From the NCBI RefSeq assembly GCF_001194135.2, contig NC_068982.1, positions 99,553,047-99,611,109 of the forward strand: DNA of 58,063 bases, given 5' to 3'. Below, piece after piece: positions 36,518 to 48,465 of the stretch (position 1 is the stretch's first letter; each line of letters starts with the position of its first letter). The notes beneath the pieces were generated by a model that was not told the origin of the DNA, searched no databases, and saw only the letters and a program-made list of their open reading frames with translations. This DNA is from Octopus bimaculoides (Eukaryota). The translations under genes were made by a program, and so were the position numbers.

Positions 36518-38839
36518 ATGGACTGTCCTGGTAATCCCGAGAATGCATCGTTAAGAAGATGGTATAGGAGTTTGAGAACCAGCAGCCCATTTAATACGCA
36601 CCTATCTACGCTATTGAAAGCGGGCTTCCTCTGTGACGTTTATTTGAAGGTTGAAGAAACTGTTATTCCAGTACATCGCGTTATCTTGGCGTCTATTAGT
36701 AATTACTTCAAGGAACTGTTTGAAAATGAAGCACTAATAGATAACACTCTAGATCTGACTTTGCAAATTGAAGATGCTGATATTCTAAAGATTATTGTTA
36801 AGTATATCTACCAGGGGGAGGTAACGTTAAATTCCAGTTCTGTTTTTATGTTACTTAATGCCCTCAGTCATATTGATATCAGATATTTAAAAAAGCATTG
36901 TGAACAGTTTCTTTTCGATCGATTGCGACCTATTTTCTTATTTCCAACCTGGGAATTAGCTTGGCGTCACAGTTTGCATGAACTTACGGCTGTATGCTTT
37001 GTTCTTTGTCGTGAAACGCTCTGTAATCAAGTTCTGCGGAGTAAATATATAAAATATATGTCTATAGAATTTATAGAATTTATTATCGACTCCGATCTCA
37101 CCATCGATTTTAACTCGGCTGTTTTAATGAAACTTCTAATTAACTGGTTATCTCATGAGTCTTCTGATCGCTTCCCAAATGTGAAACAAATAGTAAAAAA
37201 AATTCTTTGGAAAAGACCACTTTATGAAGAACAAATAATTGATATTGAAACCTTTTTGTTCCCTTATGACGATGATTTAAAAAAGCTAGTTAAAGATTCT
37301 ATGAGATCCATAATGCAAGAAAACTTATACAGCCCTTCAAAAGATCTTGAACCGAGTGAAGAAATTGTTAAAAAGTCTACTGAATCACAAAGCCAAGAAG
37401 CAGATGAGGTTTTTTATGAAGATCAGGCTGCATGTAATGAAGGCACATTTTCGTATAAAGATATGTATTTTGGAGAAAGCTCTTGTTGCATAAATTATGT
37501 AAATCCGTTAACATGCTCCTTAAACATTGGGGCGAACAAGTCTCTGATTAAATCAAAGTTTACAATAGAATACCTATGCACTCAAGATTCTTTACTCGAA
37601 GAAAATCCGCTATCTGAAGAGTTGCAACAACAGCCGATAGATACCCGAAAATTCTCTGATCCAAACTGGAGTATTATTATTCAAGAGTCAGAAAACCAAG
37701 TAATTGCATTATATTGCTCAATTAGTGAAAATTGGTATAGTTCTAATATGCCAAGATCTATAAAAAATACAATCGGTTTTCTAAATGGCGAGATTGTCTG
37801 TAGGCACGATCGTTCTGGAATAATGATATATAATCTAAAATTGATGAATTGGAGAATTCTACAGCCACCTTATCTGGCGGTAGCTGCTGAGGAGGAATTC
37901 GTTCCATGTTTAGATAATTCGCAAGCAATTTTCTTCACTTGCTCTGGATCGTTATATTCAGCTTGTGCTCTCCGACATCGAAAAAAGAAAGGTTTTAGAA
38001 TAATTGTGAATGAATGGAACCTTGAGGAAAATGTTTGGGATTGTAAAATATCCGTGCGTCCAAATAGACGTGAAGGTTTTGTTATGTCGGTATCACTTGG
38101 CGTTAAAACATCAACAGGTACGTACATATATCTTATGGCATCAGCTACAATACGTAGAATGAAATTAACCGGAGAGTCGAAAAAAATTGCTTCAAATAAG
38201 TCCAATATAAAAGTTAGCATGAAACCAAATGAAATATTTTATGTATACAAAATTAATATGAAGTCTTTGATATGCGAAGAGCTTGGATATCGTTTCAGTG
38301 AACCAGCACATCTTGAGAATGTTCCATCAATCGTCCTAGAAGATCGCATAATTTTTATCCTAGATGTGTATGAAGCGATTGAAGAAAACTTTGAAATGTC
38401 TTTTAAAACACGTTCGCAGTTCCCCTTAGATACGCTGGTACTGTATCATGAAATAAATCTTTGGAGGAGAGTTAAGTTGTTATTGCCTCTACCCCCCTTC
38501 TATGACATGCCAGTTAGGAGAGTCGATGGAAAACTTTATTCTGCCGTATGTATTTCATTTTTTAAAAATTTCATGTTACTAGGACTACATCGAACTCCAC
38601 ACGTATATCAAATTGCTATTTATGATATAGCACGCTTACAGATTACTGTTCTCAGCCCTGTGCCACTTCCAGCAGTCGGGAATATGATGATGACTGCAGT
38701 TGATAATCATCAGCCTATAAACAAGATAACAAATGAATATGCGAAGGACGTCGACCTGATACCTTATCACTTCAATCAATGGCAATTAAGAAACTGGTAT
38801 GGCATTATTGACCCAACTGAAAGCCATACCCCACGGTAG
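36518..38839 (+). CDS. BTB-BACK-beta-propeller protein (divergent KLHL/KBTBD-like, putative Cullin-3 adaptor), 773 aa, single coding exon; paralog 1
   Basis: Uninterrupted ORF; BTB GFLCDVYLKVEETVIPVHRVILASISNYFKELF..IVKYIYQGEV; BACK WELAWRHSLHEL..MSIEFIEFII..LLINWLSHE; six blade-like segments (LYCSISENW, IYNLKLMNW, EWNLEENVW, YKINMKS, LYHEINLW, IYDIARLQ); full-length homology to 50898-53231. Confidence 0.92.
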   Translation: MDCPGNPENASLRRWYRSLRTSSPFNTHLSTLLKAGFLCDVYLKVEETVIPVHRVILASISNYFKELFENEALIDNTLDLTLQIEDADILKIIVKYIYQGEVTLNSSSVFMLLNALSHIDIRYLKKHCEQFLFDRLRPIFLFPTWELAWRHSLHELTAVCFVLCRETLCNQVLRSKYIKYMSIEFIEFIIDSDLTIDFNSAVLMKLLINWLSHESSDRFPNVKQIVKKILWKRPLYEEQIIDIETFLFPYDDDLKKLVKDSMRSIMQENLYSPSKDLEPSEEIVKKSTESQSQEADEVFYEDQAACNEGTFSYKDMYFGESSCCINYVNPLTCSLNIGANKSLIKSKFTIEYLCTQDSLLEENPLSEELQQQPIDTRKFSDPNWSIIIQESENQVIALYCSISENWYSSNMPRSIKNTIGFLNGEIVCRHDRSGIMIYNLKLMNWRILQPPYLAVAAEEEFVPCLDNSQAIFFTCSGSLYSACALRHRKKKGFRIIVNEWNLEENVWDCKISVRPNRREGFVMSVSLGVKTSTGTYIYLMASATIRRMKLTGESKKIASNKSNIKVSMKPNEIFYVYKINMKSLICEELGYRFSEPAHLENVPSIVLEDRIIFILDVYEAIEENFEMSFKTRSQFPLDTLVLYHEINLWRRVKLLLPLPPFYDMPVRRVDGKLYSAVCISFFKNFMLLGLHRTPHVYQIAIYDIARLQITVLSPVPLPAVGNMMMTAVDNHQPINKITNEYAKDVDLIPYHFNQWQLRNWYGIIDPTESHTPR

Positions 38840-40271
38840 TTGAGTTGGTTTTATTTTTACTTCAATTCATTAGCGAAAATTCTTAAATATTCTTACTTAC
38901 ACTTGCGCAGGCACTCTTGCGCACTGCCTTGGAAGCTACTTCCAAGACTGTGCAATACATAAAATGAATTTAATCCTGGTATTATTTATCTTCTAATCAT
39001 TTGATAAAGAAAGAGGAACCAATGTTTTGAAGAACGGACAGTTTGAATTTCTATAAGACTTTTAGTCACCTGTTCATGTAATAATTACAGCTTACCAGAT
39101 TGAATCTCATCAATATTCTGGCTTATATTCAGTCACCAATTATCTGAGCTTAATGACCTGTAAAAGGAGTGACTTTTTTTTTTTTTTTATGCAGAAGCTG
39201 TTGTAGAAAGAATTGACATACACTTTCACTGACTTGTCAAAGATTAATTTTGCAATGATGGGCATCGTTACATTCGTAATTTGACATGGTTTTTAAAAAC
39301 TTTCAAAATATTCCCACCGGTAATGAGCTGAAAGCTGATTGTGAATACTTCGACTGAAATTGTTATAACCCATGACTTTTAATCGTGGTAGATAGTGTGA
39401 TGAAGAAATCTTACGCAAGTTGTTACTGCAATATGTATATGCACACCTACACAACTCGACTTTTCCTAACTTCTCAGGATCTCTTAACAGATTATACTCC
39501 ATACTAAAATTTTAATCTTACTTTCTAAGGTAAAGGAAGGAGTAAAATCGAAGTTCGTACTTAAAGAAAATATGTAAATGTGCCACATGAAACCAAACCC
39601 AAAGACTGAACACTTGCTTTAACAACGGCAGCCATTATTTGGCTTCCATTTACGAAGGATAATGGAAGAGAACAGCACTACTGCCAATAACATTTTAATT
39701 TTCGCTTAATCTTATTCTTACACGTTTTTCAAGATCCAAGTTTATTTATAATGGTAATTACAGTAAATAGTTACCACCTTAGCACACTTCTGGTTCATAC
39801 TCCAATCCAGGTTAAGCATTTTCTATAGAATTGTTTTACAGGATGAATTCAATAGATTATGGTTCAATCAGAACATTATACGTGTTATCTTAATGTTGTG
39901 CTTGATTTGTTCTCAATACCTCCTTGAAAAGCCTACCACTCTCGGAATAAGAGTAACAGACTTCTCTGGAAAATGTGACTTAGTTATTATCAACTAATAG
40001 AAGCTAAAGCGATTCCAGTAATTAAAAAAATTTATAGAGAGTAGTGACAAGTGTTTCTTTTGTTTCTAAAGAAAAACTCTTCTGGAGTAGTAAACATCTA
40101 TATACGCAGTATTGGATGCAATCTTAGACAACATCACTGAAGGCTATATTCTTTGTTATATACTTATCAACACTTAAGTTACATCTATTTTTCACAGTCA
40201 AAAACTAAATCTTATGGAACGAAATCGAAAAAGATCTGTATTGTTTTGTTGCTGTACGACTATTACATTTT

Positions 40272-40306
<35 letters not shown>

Positions 40307-42699
40307 ACATCAGAAAATCTCACATGGCTAGACTTGAACCCACAATCCCAATGACAAGTATAGTACTTGTTCTTTCGCTTCGTAACCATTTTCAGTCCCA
40401 CTGCGTAGTACCTTTCGCAAATTTCTTCCCTACTTTTGAGCTAATTATTTCATTTACTGGAATTTGAACAGAAACTGTATGATAGCGAGATAAATATGTA
40501 CCAATAAAATAAGTATAAAACTAATTATTATTCGACTAAACCCATGAAGGCGATGCACTAGCATGGCCGCAGTCCTATAACCGGTAAAAGACTACATAAA
40601 ATTTTTTAACTATTCATCAGTTTTACAAATGATATTAACGCCATAGGAAATAGATTATTTGAAATAGTTTGTGTGACGTTATATACAGTCTTTTTAAGAC
40701 CTAGTAAAGTCTATCGCTTTCCAGATTTGAAGTCGATTTCTTCCGATAGACAAAAGGTATCGCCCCCTCCCACCCTGACACAGGCTTGATACTTTATCCT
40801 TAAAAGAATTAGCGGGTTTCGGTAGTTCTTACGAGAACCTCTCGCCACGTTGAATCCTTAACGTTACAGTAACTGACTCTTAGACAAGAGACATCACCAA
40901 GCTATTACGTTAATTACCCTTAAAGGAGAAAAAAAATTAATATTGTAGAAACAGTAACAAGAACAATCTTAGAATTATAATTCTTAAGAGGAACCATATC
41001 AACTCATGGAGATGTTCAATTACTATTTATACATGACTTAGTATATCATCAGAAATTTCAAAATGTGCCACTGAAATTCTTAGTTACAAGGCAATATAGA
41101 GAACAAATGGTGTTGATGCGGTATTGAGGCTGGACTGATAGCCTGTAGTTGTATATGACCAACCCGACATGGCTTCTTGAAACCAGACTGAATAAGGAGT
41201 AATCTAAAAGTGAATTTCTGGACTGCAGGTGGAGATAATATAGTGAATGATGTTGGCGCCAAATTTTCACTTAGTAACTTAGTTGCGTTATATTAAATTG
41301 TTCAAACCCAGTTTAGAAACCTTTAGATATTACTGTATATTTTCACTTTAAAAGAAAAAAAAAATGGTCATTTACTTTTAGAAATTCAATGGTTTAAATT
41401 AATGACGGAATCTATTATAGGCCTAGTAGAGTTCTGATCAAGCTTGTGGGCTGAGAGACTTATTTCACAGATGACGTTTGAATGAAATATATATCCACAC
41501 ATTCGTGAATATATTTCTCAGTATGAGGAGAGAGGGAGATGTTTATGCCAGTCACGCGTAGTGAGTTTAGTCTTGTTCTCTCTCCCACCTCTTATGTGTA
41601 TGCGAATATTTTTCGCGAGCCAAAATACAACTGTCAGCAAACAGGCTGAATGTCCAGTCAGCTGCGCTAAATCTGCGTCCAAGTAGCTGCGCCCAATCGT
41701 CTTTCATTCTGAAGGTAAAGAAACATACGTGGAAATATTAAGGCGCATTTCTGAATATACATATCCTAAGTTGTTCACTACTCTTGTTTAGTGTTTAATT
41801 GGATTATTAGTGACAACTTGTGGAATTCTGATTGCAGGCCAAATGGCTTTACTGATTTACTTTCTTAGCTTGTGTTGACTTTAGTTACATTTTGGTATCA
41901 TCTTTGACTACAGAACAGGTCTTAAATGGCTTAACTGGTATTGAAGTATAATAAAACAGCAGGGTTCCACATACGCAGTAAAGTGAGTTACAAAAATTTG
42001 ATCGACATAGTATCCAAAGAGTAAGTAGAAAAAGTTTCCTATAAAATCTTAACATTTAGAAACAGTAAGCAGATTTTATATCATCCTCACAGCCTTAAGG
42101 TTTAAGATAAATGTTGATTTATTTCTCAGTCGAATATATTGAACATACGAAGCAGTTGGTATAAGAGCGGTACCAAGGAAGGTAGTGTAGAAGAGCTTTT
42201 AAAAATGAGAAAAAATTTCAATTTATCGAAGTCCTTTATAAAGATCTTCCCTAAATTCTGAAAATCGGTTAGGATATTGATTTATTGAGACAAAAAAAAA
42301 TCTTAGTGGATCTGTAGGATACCTTCAACCAAACCTAGGAATTGTTACAATGCAATTGTAGAACTTAATCTGAAGTCACTTGCTTTCAAATTATGCTTCA
42401 CGAGTTATGGCTTGCAAATTAGACGTTGTCAAATTAACTTGTTTGCTTGCAGGGTATTGCGTATTGAACAGATTTCCTACCTAGAACATGAAGATTTTCG
42501 TACTTAATAGGTAGACGATTTTACTATTTTCTCTGCTTTTAGATATACATTTATATTATAAACGGTTATAAGGCGGCGAGGTGAGAGAATCATTAGCACG
42601 CTGAACGAAAGATTTTATTTCCCATACGAGCTAACAAAGAGCGGGACATACACAACATTGGGGACATAGTACAATTTAAAAAAATAAAACGTATGATAT

Positions 42700-44240
42700 G
42701 ATGGAAGAATGAAGATGAGAAATGGAAGTGATCTTACCTGCCACGTCACTTACTTGCCATTGTTCCCTGTACTCCATAATATTTATACCATATTTTCCCA
42801 TGAGTTCCTCACTGGTTATCGTACTCGGTAACTTGTCTGGATCACAGTTCATCCTCCACACTTCATAGCCCTCTTTATATTTTTTATTTCATTCCAATGT
42901 TTTTCCGTTATCAACCAGTATGTATATCTCTCACCCCCACCCCATCATTTTGTACGTTCACAAGGACTATATCCTTCCATCCCGTTATCTTATATAGTTC
43001 TTCTTCTGCCTCCACGAACAGAGTACATGCATAGCAATCAGTACGAAGGGAAGTTTCTACATCTTTGTGTGTATTGTTGCTTCATTTTGTTTTCGTGTTG
43101 CTGGGGAGTGGGTAGGTCTAGTGTCTTCAGGGTGAGGGTGGGATGAGGAGTGTATGGATGGGTATTGGGTGGGTTGGAGTGCATGTGAGAGGCCTTATTT
43201 TTTCTCTTTCGTTTCTTCCTTTTCCAGCTCATTTCCCATTCTTTTTCTTTTGCGTTTTCCGCCTCCACCGGTACCATTTCCTCACTTTCTGGCTCCTCTT
43301 GCTGCTTCTTCTGTAGCAATTCCTGGAGTAGCCGCTCCTCCGCTTGGTCGGTGGAGGGCAATTCGCTCTTATGTGGCCCTTCAAGCCACACTTAAAACAG
43401 CGAGGAATTCTACCCTCCACCCTTACATTCATTATGGTATCTTCCACTGACACTGTTTCTACCATTTCTTCCACGGCCTCATTAGACCCCTGAATGACCA
43501 TATTCAACACCTTCCAGTTTGTGCATTTCGTCTTTGTGGCCTGGAGCACCGTAATTTTATCCTCGCTCTCGGCCAAGACTGCTGCCTCTATCCAGGCCAC
43601 ATCTATTTCCAGTGGAATTCCTTCTACCCTTACTCGAGACGCTCTTTATCTCAGTTACCTGGGTAGAAGCACCAGCTCTTCATCTCTCAGTGGTGTCGCT
43701 GCATGTGCCTTTGCTGTACATTCATTTACACATCTCACCTCCACCTCTCCAAATTTATCCCCTCTGGCAAGATAAGTTATCTCTTGCCAGACCGGGCTCA
43801 TCACCTTCTCCACTTGTTCCGTTGTCATTTGGTCTACCTTTCATTTCTTGACCGAGCAGGTCTTGTATATTACCGTTTTTTCCTTAATCCTCTTTGTTGT
43901 TTCAAGCGGGGTGGGGGAGGTACTTCTACATTGTATCCGTCCCGACTTAATAGTCTCGCAAATTTATACATATTAATTTCCACGTTCTCGTTCGTTTCTC
44001 GGGCGACGTCCGCAAACTTCCCTCGTCTTCCTTCTAACTCCTTGTCCATCATATTCACAGACCTCAGCAGTTCCTCCTATGATGTTGATAGCTCAGACCC
44101 GCTAAGGTCTGGGTAAAATATTTTTTTTTTACTGGTCAGGGCCAACTCTCAGAAGAGAAAAAGCACGAACAACTCGCTGCAAAGCAGCAGACAACAATCA
44201 CAAACCTATAAAAGCAATATAACTGACAAACCACACAGAA
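42700..44240 (-). mobile_element. Retroelement ORF1/gag-like remnant (probably L1/Tx1 clade) with CCHC zinc knuckle
   Basis: VRVEGIPLEID..VRVEGRIPRCFKCGLKGHIRANCPP followed by Glu/Lys-rich segment; broken by stops and frameshifts; higher GC than flanks. Confidence 0.75.
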
Positions 44241-44256
44241 AATAGTAGGCGCTCGA

Positions 44257-44404
44257 AAAGCACGCTGAACGAAATGCTTAGCAGTATTTCGCTCGATGCT
44301 TCGTTCTGAGTTAAAATTCCGCCGAAGTCGACCTTGCCTCTCATTCTTTCAGGGTCAATGATTTAAATACAAATTCCAAGCCTGGTGCCTATAGTAGAAA
44401 GGAT
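44257..44404 (+). mobile_element. SINE family 1, partial
   Basis: gcacgctgaacgaaatgcttagcagtatttcg..gttctgagttaaaattccgccgaagtcgacc..gtgcctatagtagaaaggatt. Confidence 0.8.
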
Positions 44405-45399
44405 TTTATAAACAATTATTGGATCGAAGACTGGTTTAGTCGCCGAAAGATAGCAATTATGGGTTGTTAAATTATAGAATTTTGATCCCATTTTAGGAAG
44501 CTCTCAAAAAAAAAAAAGCAGTTAATCGTCAGATTGCAATAATTCTTCCAGTTCTCTAGGTTTTGAGTTCAAATCCCATTGAATTCCTCTTTTTTTTCAG
44601 TGGTATCGACAAAATCCAAAGAATCCAGCAAGCATTAATGTTCAGACCGTTCCACGGAAATTATAAAAGTGGTATTTGGGTTCAAATTGTTTCCTTTACC
44701 CTTCACATTAGAGACACTGTTAAGAACAGTGGCTGAAGGTATTTTGAGATTACAGAACAGTTGTTTCAATTTTGGATGGAGTATTACTGATGAGTATACA
44801 ACTATACAAAGGAAAATCAAATTCTGATTGACATAGTGAATTAAATGTTTACTCCCCCCAATTTTTTTTTACTTCTCAAGGAACGGAATAAAAACACTTG
44901 GATATTTATAAAATATTTGCAGAATCGACAAATTAATAATCGGTAGAATTAAGTATAAAAGGCTAGTTTGATGTGATAATCGAGAAAAACAGCTTTGTCT
45001 GAAAACGGTAATTCACTATATTGAAGTTGAATTTGCACTGATAAACTCAAAATCGGCGTTGCAAGTACAACGTTGACAACACAGACCAAAAAAAAAAATC
45101 AATTGTCTGTCAAAAAATTTGGACCTGAACTAGTTTGACACACAATCCGAGAATGACATTCATTTATTACCATCACGTCAAGATTTTAAGATGCTGAATC
45201 CATAAAATTTTACCGTTTTTGTTTGTTTTTGTCAATAAAACAGATTTTGAGGAACAAGGCATAACAGACACACATATAGAAATTTATTTTTCTTCAAAAA
45301 GTAGGTTTTAAAATTCTATTGAAAATCTAGCAAAGATCTTAAAATTTCTGCAAATCACATCATTGCTTATGCCTAATTTGCATGAATTCAGGTTTCGAT

Positions 45400-45960
45400 A
45401 ATCGTCTTGAGTGCTAAACCTCAGGAAGATCACGAGCTAAGTTTCAACAATAGTCTACCATTATATGCAAGTCCCATCTTCCTTGATACATTTGTTCTAA
45501 TATTTTTTTTTTTTTTTTGTCCTGGTGAAAACGTTATCCCTCCTCATCACTTCTGTCACTAAGATTTTCGGGGGATTTATGAAGGTAGTACAGCTCTACG
45601 CTTATATTTAATCTCAAGTTCTGAAAGTTCTTTAGCATGTTGTCAACTATTTCGGCATGGTTGACTGTTTCCTTGTTTCCCAGAAAGCCATGCTACTACT
45701 TCAATGCTAATTCTTTGAATTTAGAAAGTTCCCATTTATCATTAATTTTCTGATTTGAGGTTCATCAAATACTCCAGTTTTTATCTTTTCAATACTTAGG
45801 GAAATGTCCCACAGATATAGTGAAAACCTGGTTCATCTATCCAGAGATTTAACAAATTGCTTCATAATGCCAAGTTTGATATGGAGTGGAGGTAGAACTT
45901 TTTCTGGTTGGACTAAAGGCTATTTAACAACATTTAAAAATGCCCTGGATATGTTTGCAG
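45400..45960 (-). mobile_element. DNA transposase remnant, probably Chapaev3 (CMC)
   Basis: Minus strand PLVQPEKVLPPLHIKLGIMKQFVKSLD..KIKTGVFDEPQIRKL..SDEEG*RFHQD..MYQGRWD..MVDYC; family name from memory of the PPLHIKLG and GERFHQD motifs. Confidence 0.65.
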
Positions 45961-47560
45961 TCGCCATTCTTTGATCACCCAATACTTTTCCTTGACTCTT
46001 AATAAGATAATATATAAATCATAAACATTCGTACTAAAATTTTTCAGATAAACATGCATTTTTCTGAAAATGAGGAAAACTGTAGGCAGTATCTTGATCT
46101 CTAGACGCGATGGTACAGAATGGATTCCATTTTTGCATTCAGCATCTCAAAAAAAAAAAAAAAATTCAAATCATGTAAAAAGAAAAATCGTCTTTAGAAC
46201 AAAATAATTGTTGGGTTAGGGTTATTGAAACAAGTACCAATGCATTAAAATCTTTTCGATTCTCATTTAAAGATTAATCTATGTAGGATTAATCACTGAA
46301 TGCCTTTGCAATTTATGTTTGGCAATGGTTTTTAGACGAGGCAAAATATTTATATTATATGGAAAGAGTTAAAACCTTTATACATTTCTTCAAATATATG
46401 GATTCAGCCAATAAGTGAAAACGATTTGTAGAATTCAGTTAGTAAGGATTCCCGAAAAGAGAAAGCCATAATGGATATTGCAGCAAAGGTTAGATTTTAC
46501 TGTTGATATTTGAATGGAATCACAAAATTTACTATTTACAGCTTTTGGAAAAAGTTTACATAAGAGAAACTGTAAGTGAAACAAGTGTTAGGAACTTTAC
46601 AGCTGGTCTAGATTGTGGAATAGTTTTCATTTGTGTCAGGGCATATTTTAAATTTATTACCAACAAAATATTGTTTAGAGAGTCAGGAAGTAATCAAATG
46701 CACTGACAGGGAAGTTTTAAGTGTTCCTCGTTTATATTTAATGAACCATCGAATTCATAAGATACATGAGAATAAAATTGACATATCAATAGTAGAAGTG
46801 GTGTAACGCCGATAAATAAAGAGTGAAACATCGAACCACTATGTCGGGAGACAACGACATTTATTACAATTATATAAGAAACGTTTTTGAAGACATTATC
46901 AGAAACACCACTCTTCAGCCGGCTTTCTACCAGTTTTGACGTGTTCTCCATAATCTAAGACAGACGGATGGTACCTATATAAAACGAAACGAACCCTTAT
47001 ACTTCTTACAAATTAATGACACCCAACTCCGACGTGATATTAAGCAGAGACGGATTACGAACTCGCTCTTGAAGTGATGCTCGACGTGATAAAAAGAGAG
47101 ATGACTCAAACAGATCAGCACAGCCTGTTTTTGAAAAGGTTTTATACGCTTTATCCGACTATTAATACTACGCATATTCTCGGAGGACGCTGTATAGTGT
47201 ATCGCTAAAGGGGAAAAACTACATTTCTGACGGGGAAAGATATTAACTTACCAACATATTTGATTTGATTTTCTTTCTCTATATATTATATACATATATT
47301 CTCATTTTAATGAATGTATGTATATTTCTACAAGTTATGAGGCCATTAATAGATAGCCGAAATACTTCAGTTAAAGGTGCCTTAGACGGAAGATTGAATA
47401 GATTCCTAGTTCAATTTTAGGTTTTAACTTGTTGAGATTCTCTTTTGTGCCTGACATTATTACGAATCAAAATTTCTAGAGTTTAACCGGAAAAGACCTC
47501 CCCTTCGATCCCTATGAGAGTGATCTAAGAGAAGATTTTCCGGCTACATATATACATATT

Positions 47561-48465
47561 GGTTTCAAATTTTGGCACAAGAACAGCAATTTCAAAATAG
47601 GGGTAAGTCGATTATATCGACTCTAATTGAAGACTGGTATTTATTTTATCGACCCCAGAAGGATGAAAGGTAAAGATGACTGCGGTGGAATTTGAACTCA
47701 GAACGTAAAGACTGATGAAATGCCGCTAAGCATTTTGCTCGGCGTGCTAATGATTCAGACTGCTCGCCGCCTTATATATTAACGCATAGTTATAATTAGC
47801 TGTGTTTTACATCGAAGTTAATCTAAAAGCTAATTTTAACCGTTTCTGTAATATGACTTTCGATTGTGGATACAATAACGGTTGCCTGCCTCGGACTAGG
47901 AACTAATTTGTTTATAATTGGCTTCAATAAATGCAGATGAATACCAGCTGGATAAACTTAAATTTCTTCCGTCCTGAGTTCAAATTCAACAGAGGTCGAC
48001 TATACCTTTCATCCTTTAGAGGTCAAATTAAGTACCAGTGAAACACTGGAATCAATGAAATCGACTAGTCCCTTCCCCCAAAATTTCAGGTATTGTGCCT
48101 TTAGTAGAAATGTTTTGAAGGTGGCGAGCTGGCAGAGTCGTTAGCACGCCAGACGAAATACTTAACGGTAATTCACCCGTCGTTACGTTCTGTGTTCAAA
48201 TTCCGCCGAGGTCGACTTCGTCTTTCATCCTTTCGGGGTCAATGTAATCCCTCTCCTAATTTTCAGGCTTTGTGCCTATAGTAGAAAAGGATTGGAGGAG
48301 GAAGCTAGTCGATTATATTGATCCCAGTGCTCAACTGGTATTTATTTCATCGACCTCGAAAGGACGAAAGGCAAAGTCGACCTTAGCGAAATTTGAACTC
48401 AGAACGTAAGGACGGAGAAATGCTGCTAAACATTTTTCCCAGCATGCCAACGATTCTGCCAGCTT
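47561..48465. mobile_element. Cluster of four family-1 SINEs: 47561-47773 (-), ~47970-48110 (+), 48118-48291 (+), ~48295-48465 (-)
   Basis: Each carries gttcaaatt..gtcgac..ctttc.tcc; orientations read directly. Confidence 0.85.

Noticed and set aside
44787-44815. CTGATGA followed by a GTATA/TATAC hairpin
   Set aside because: Followed by AAAG rather than GAAA, with no stem I or III
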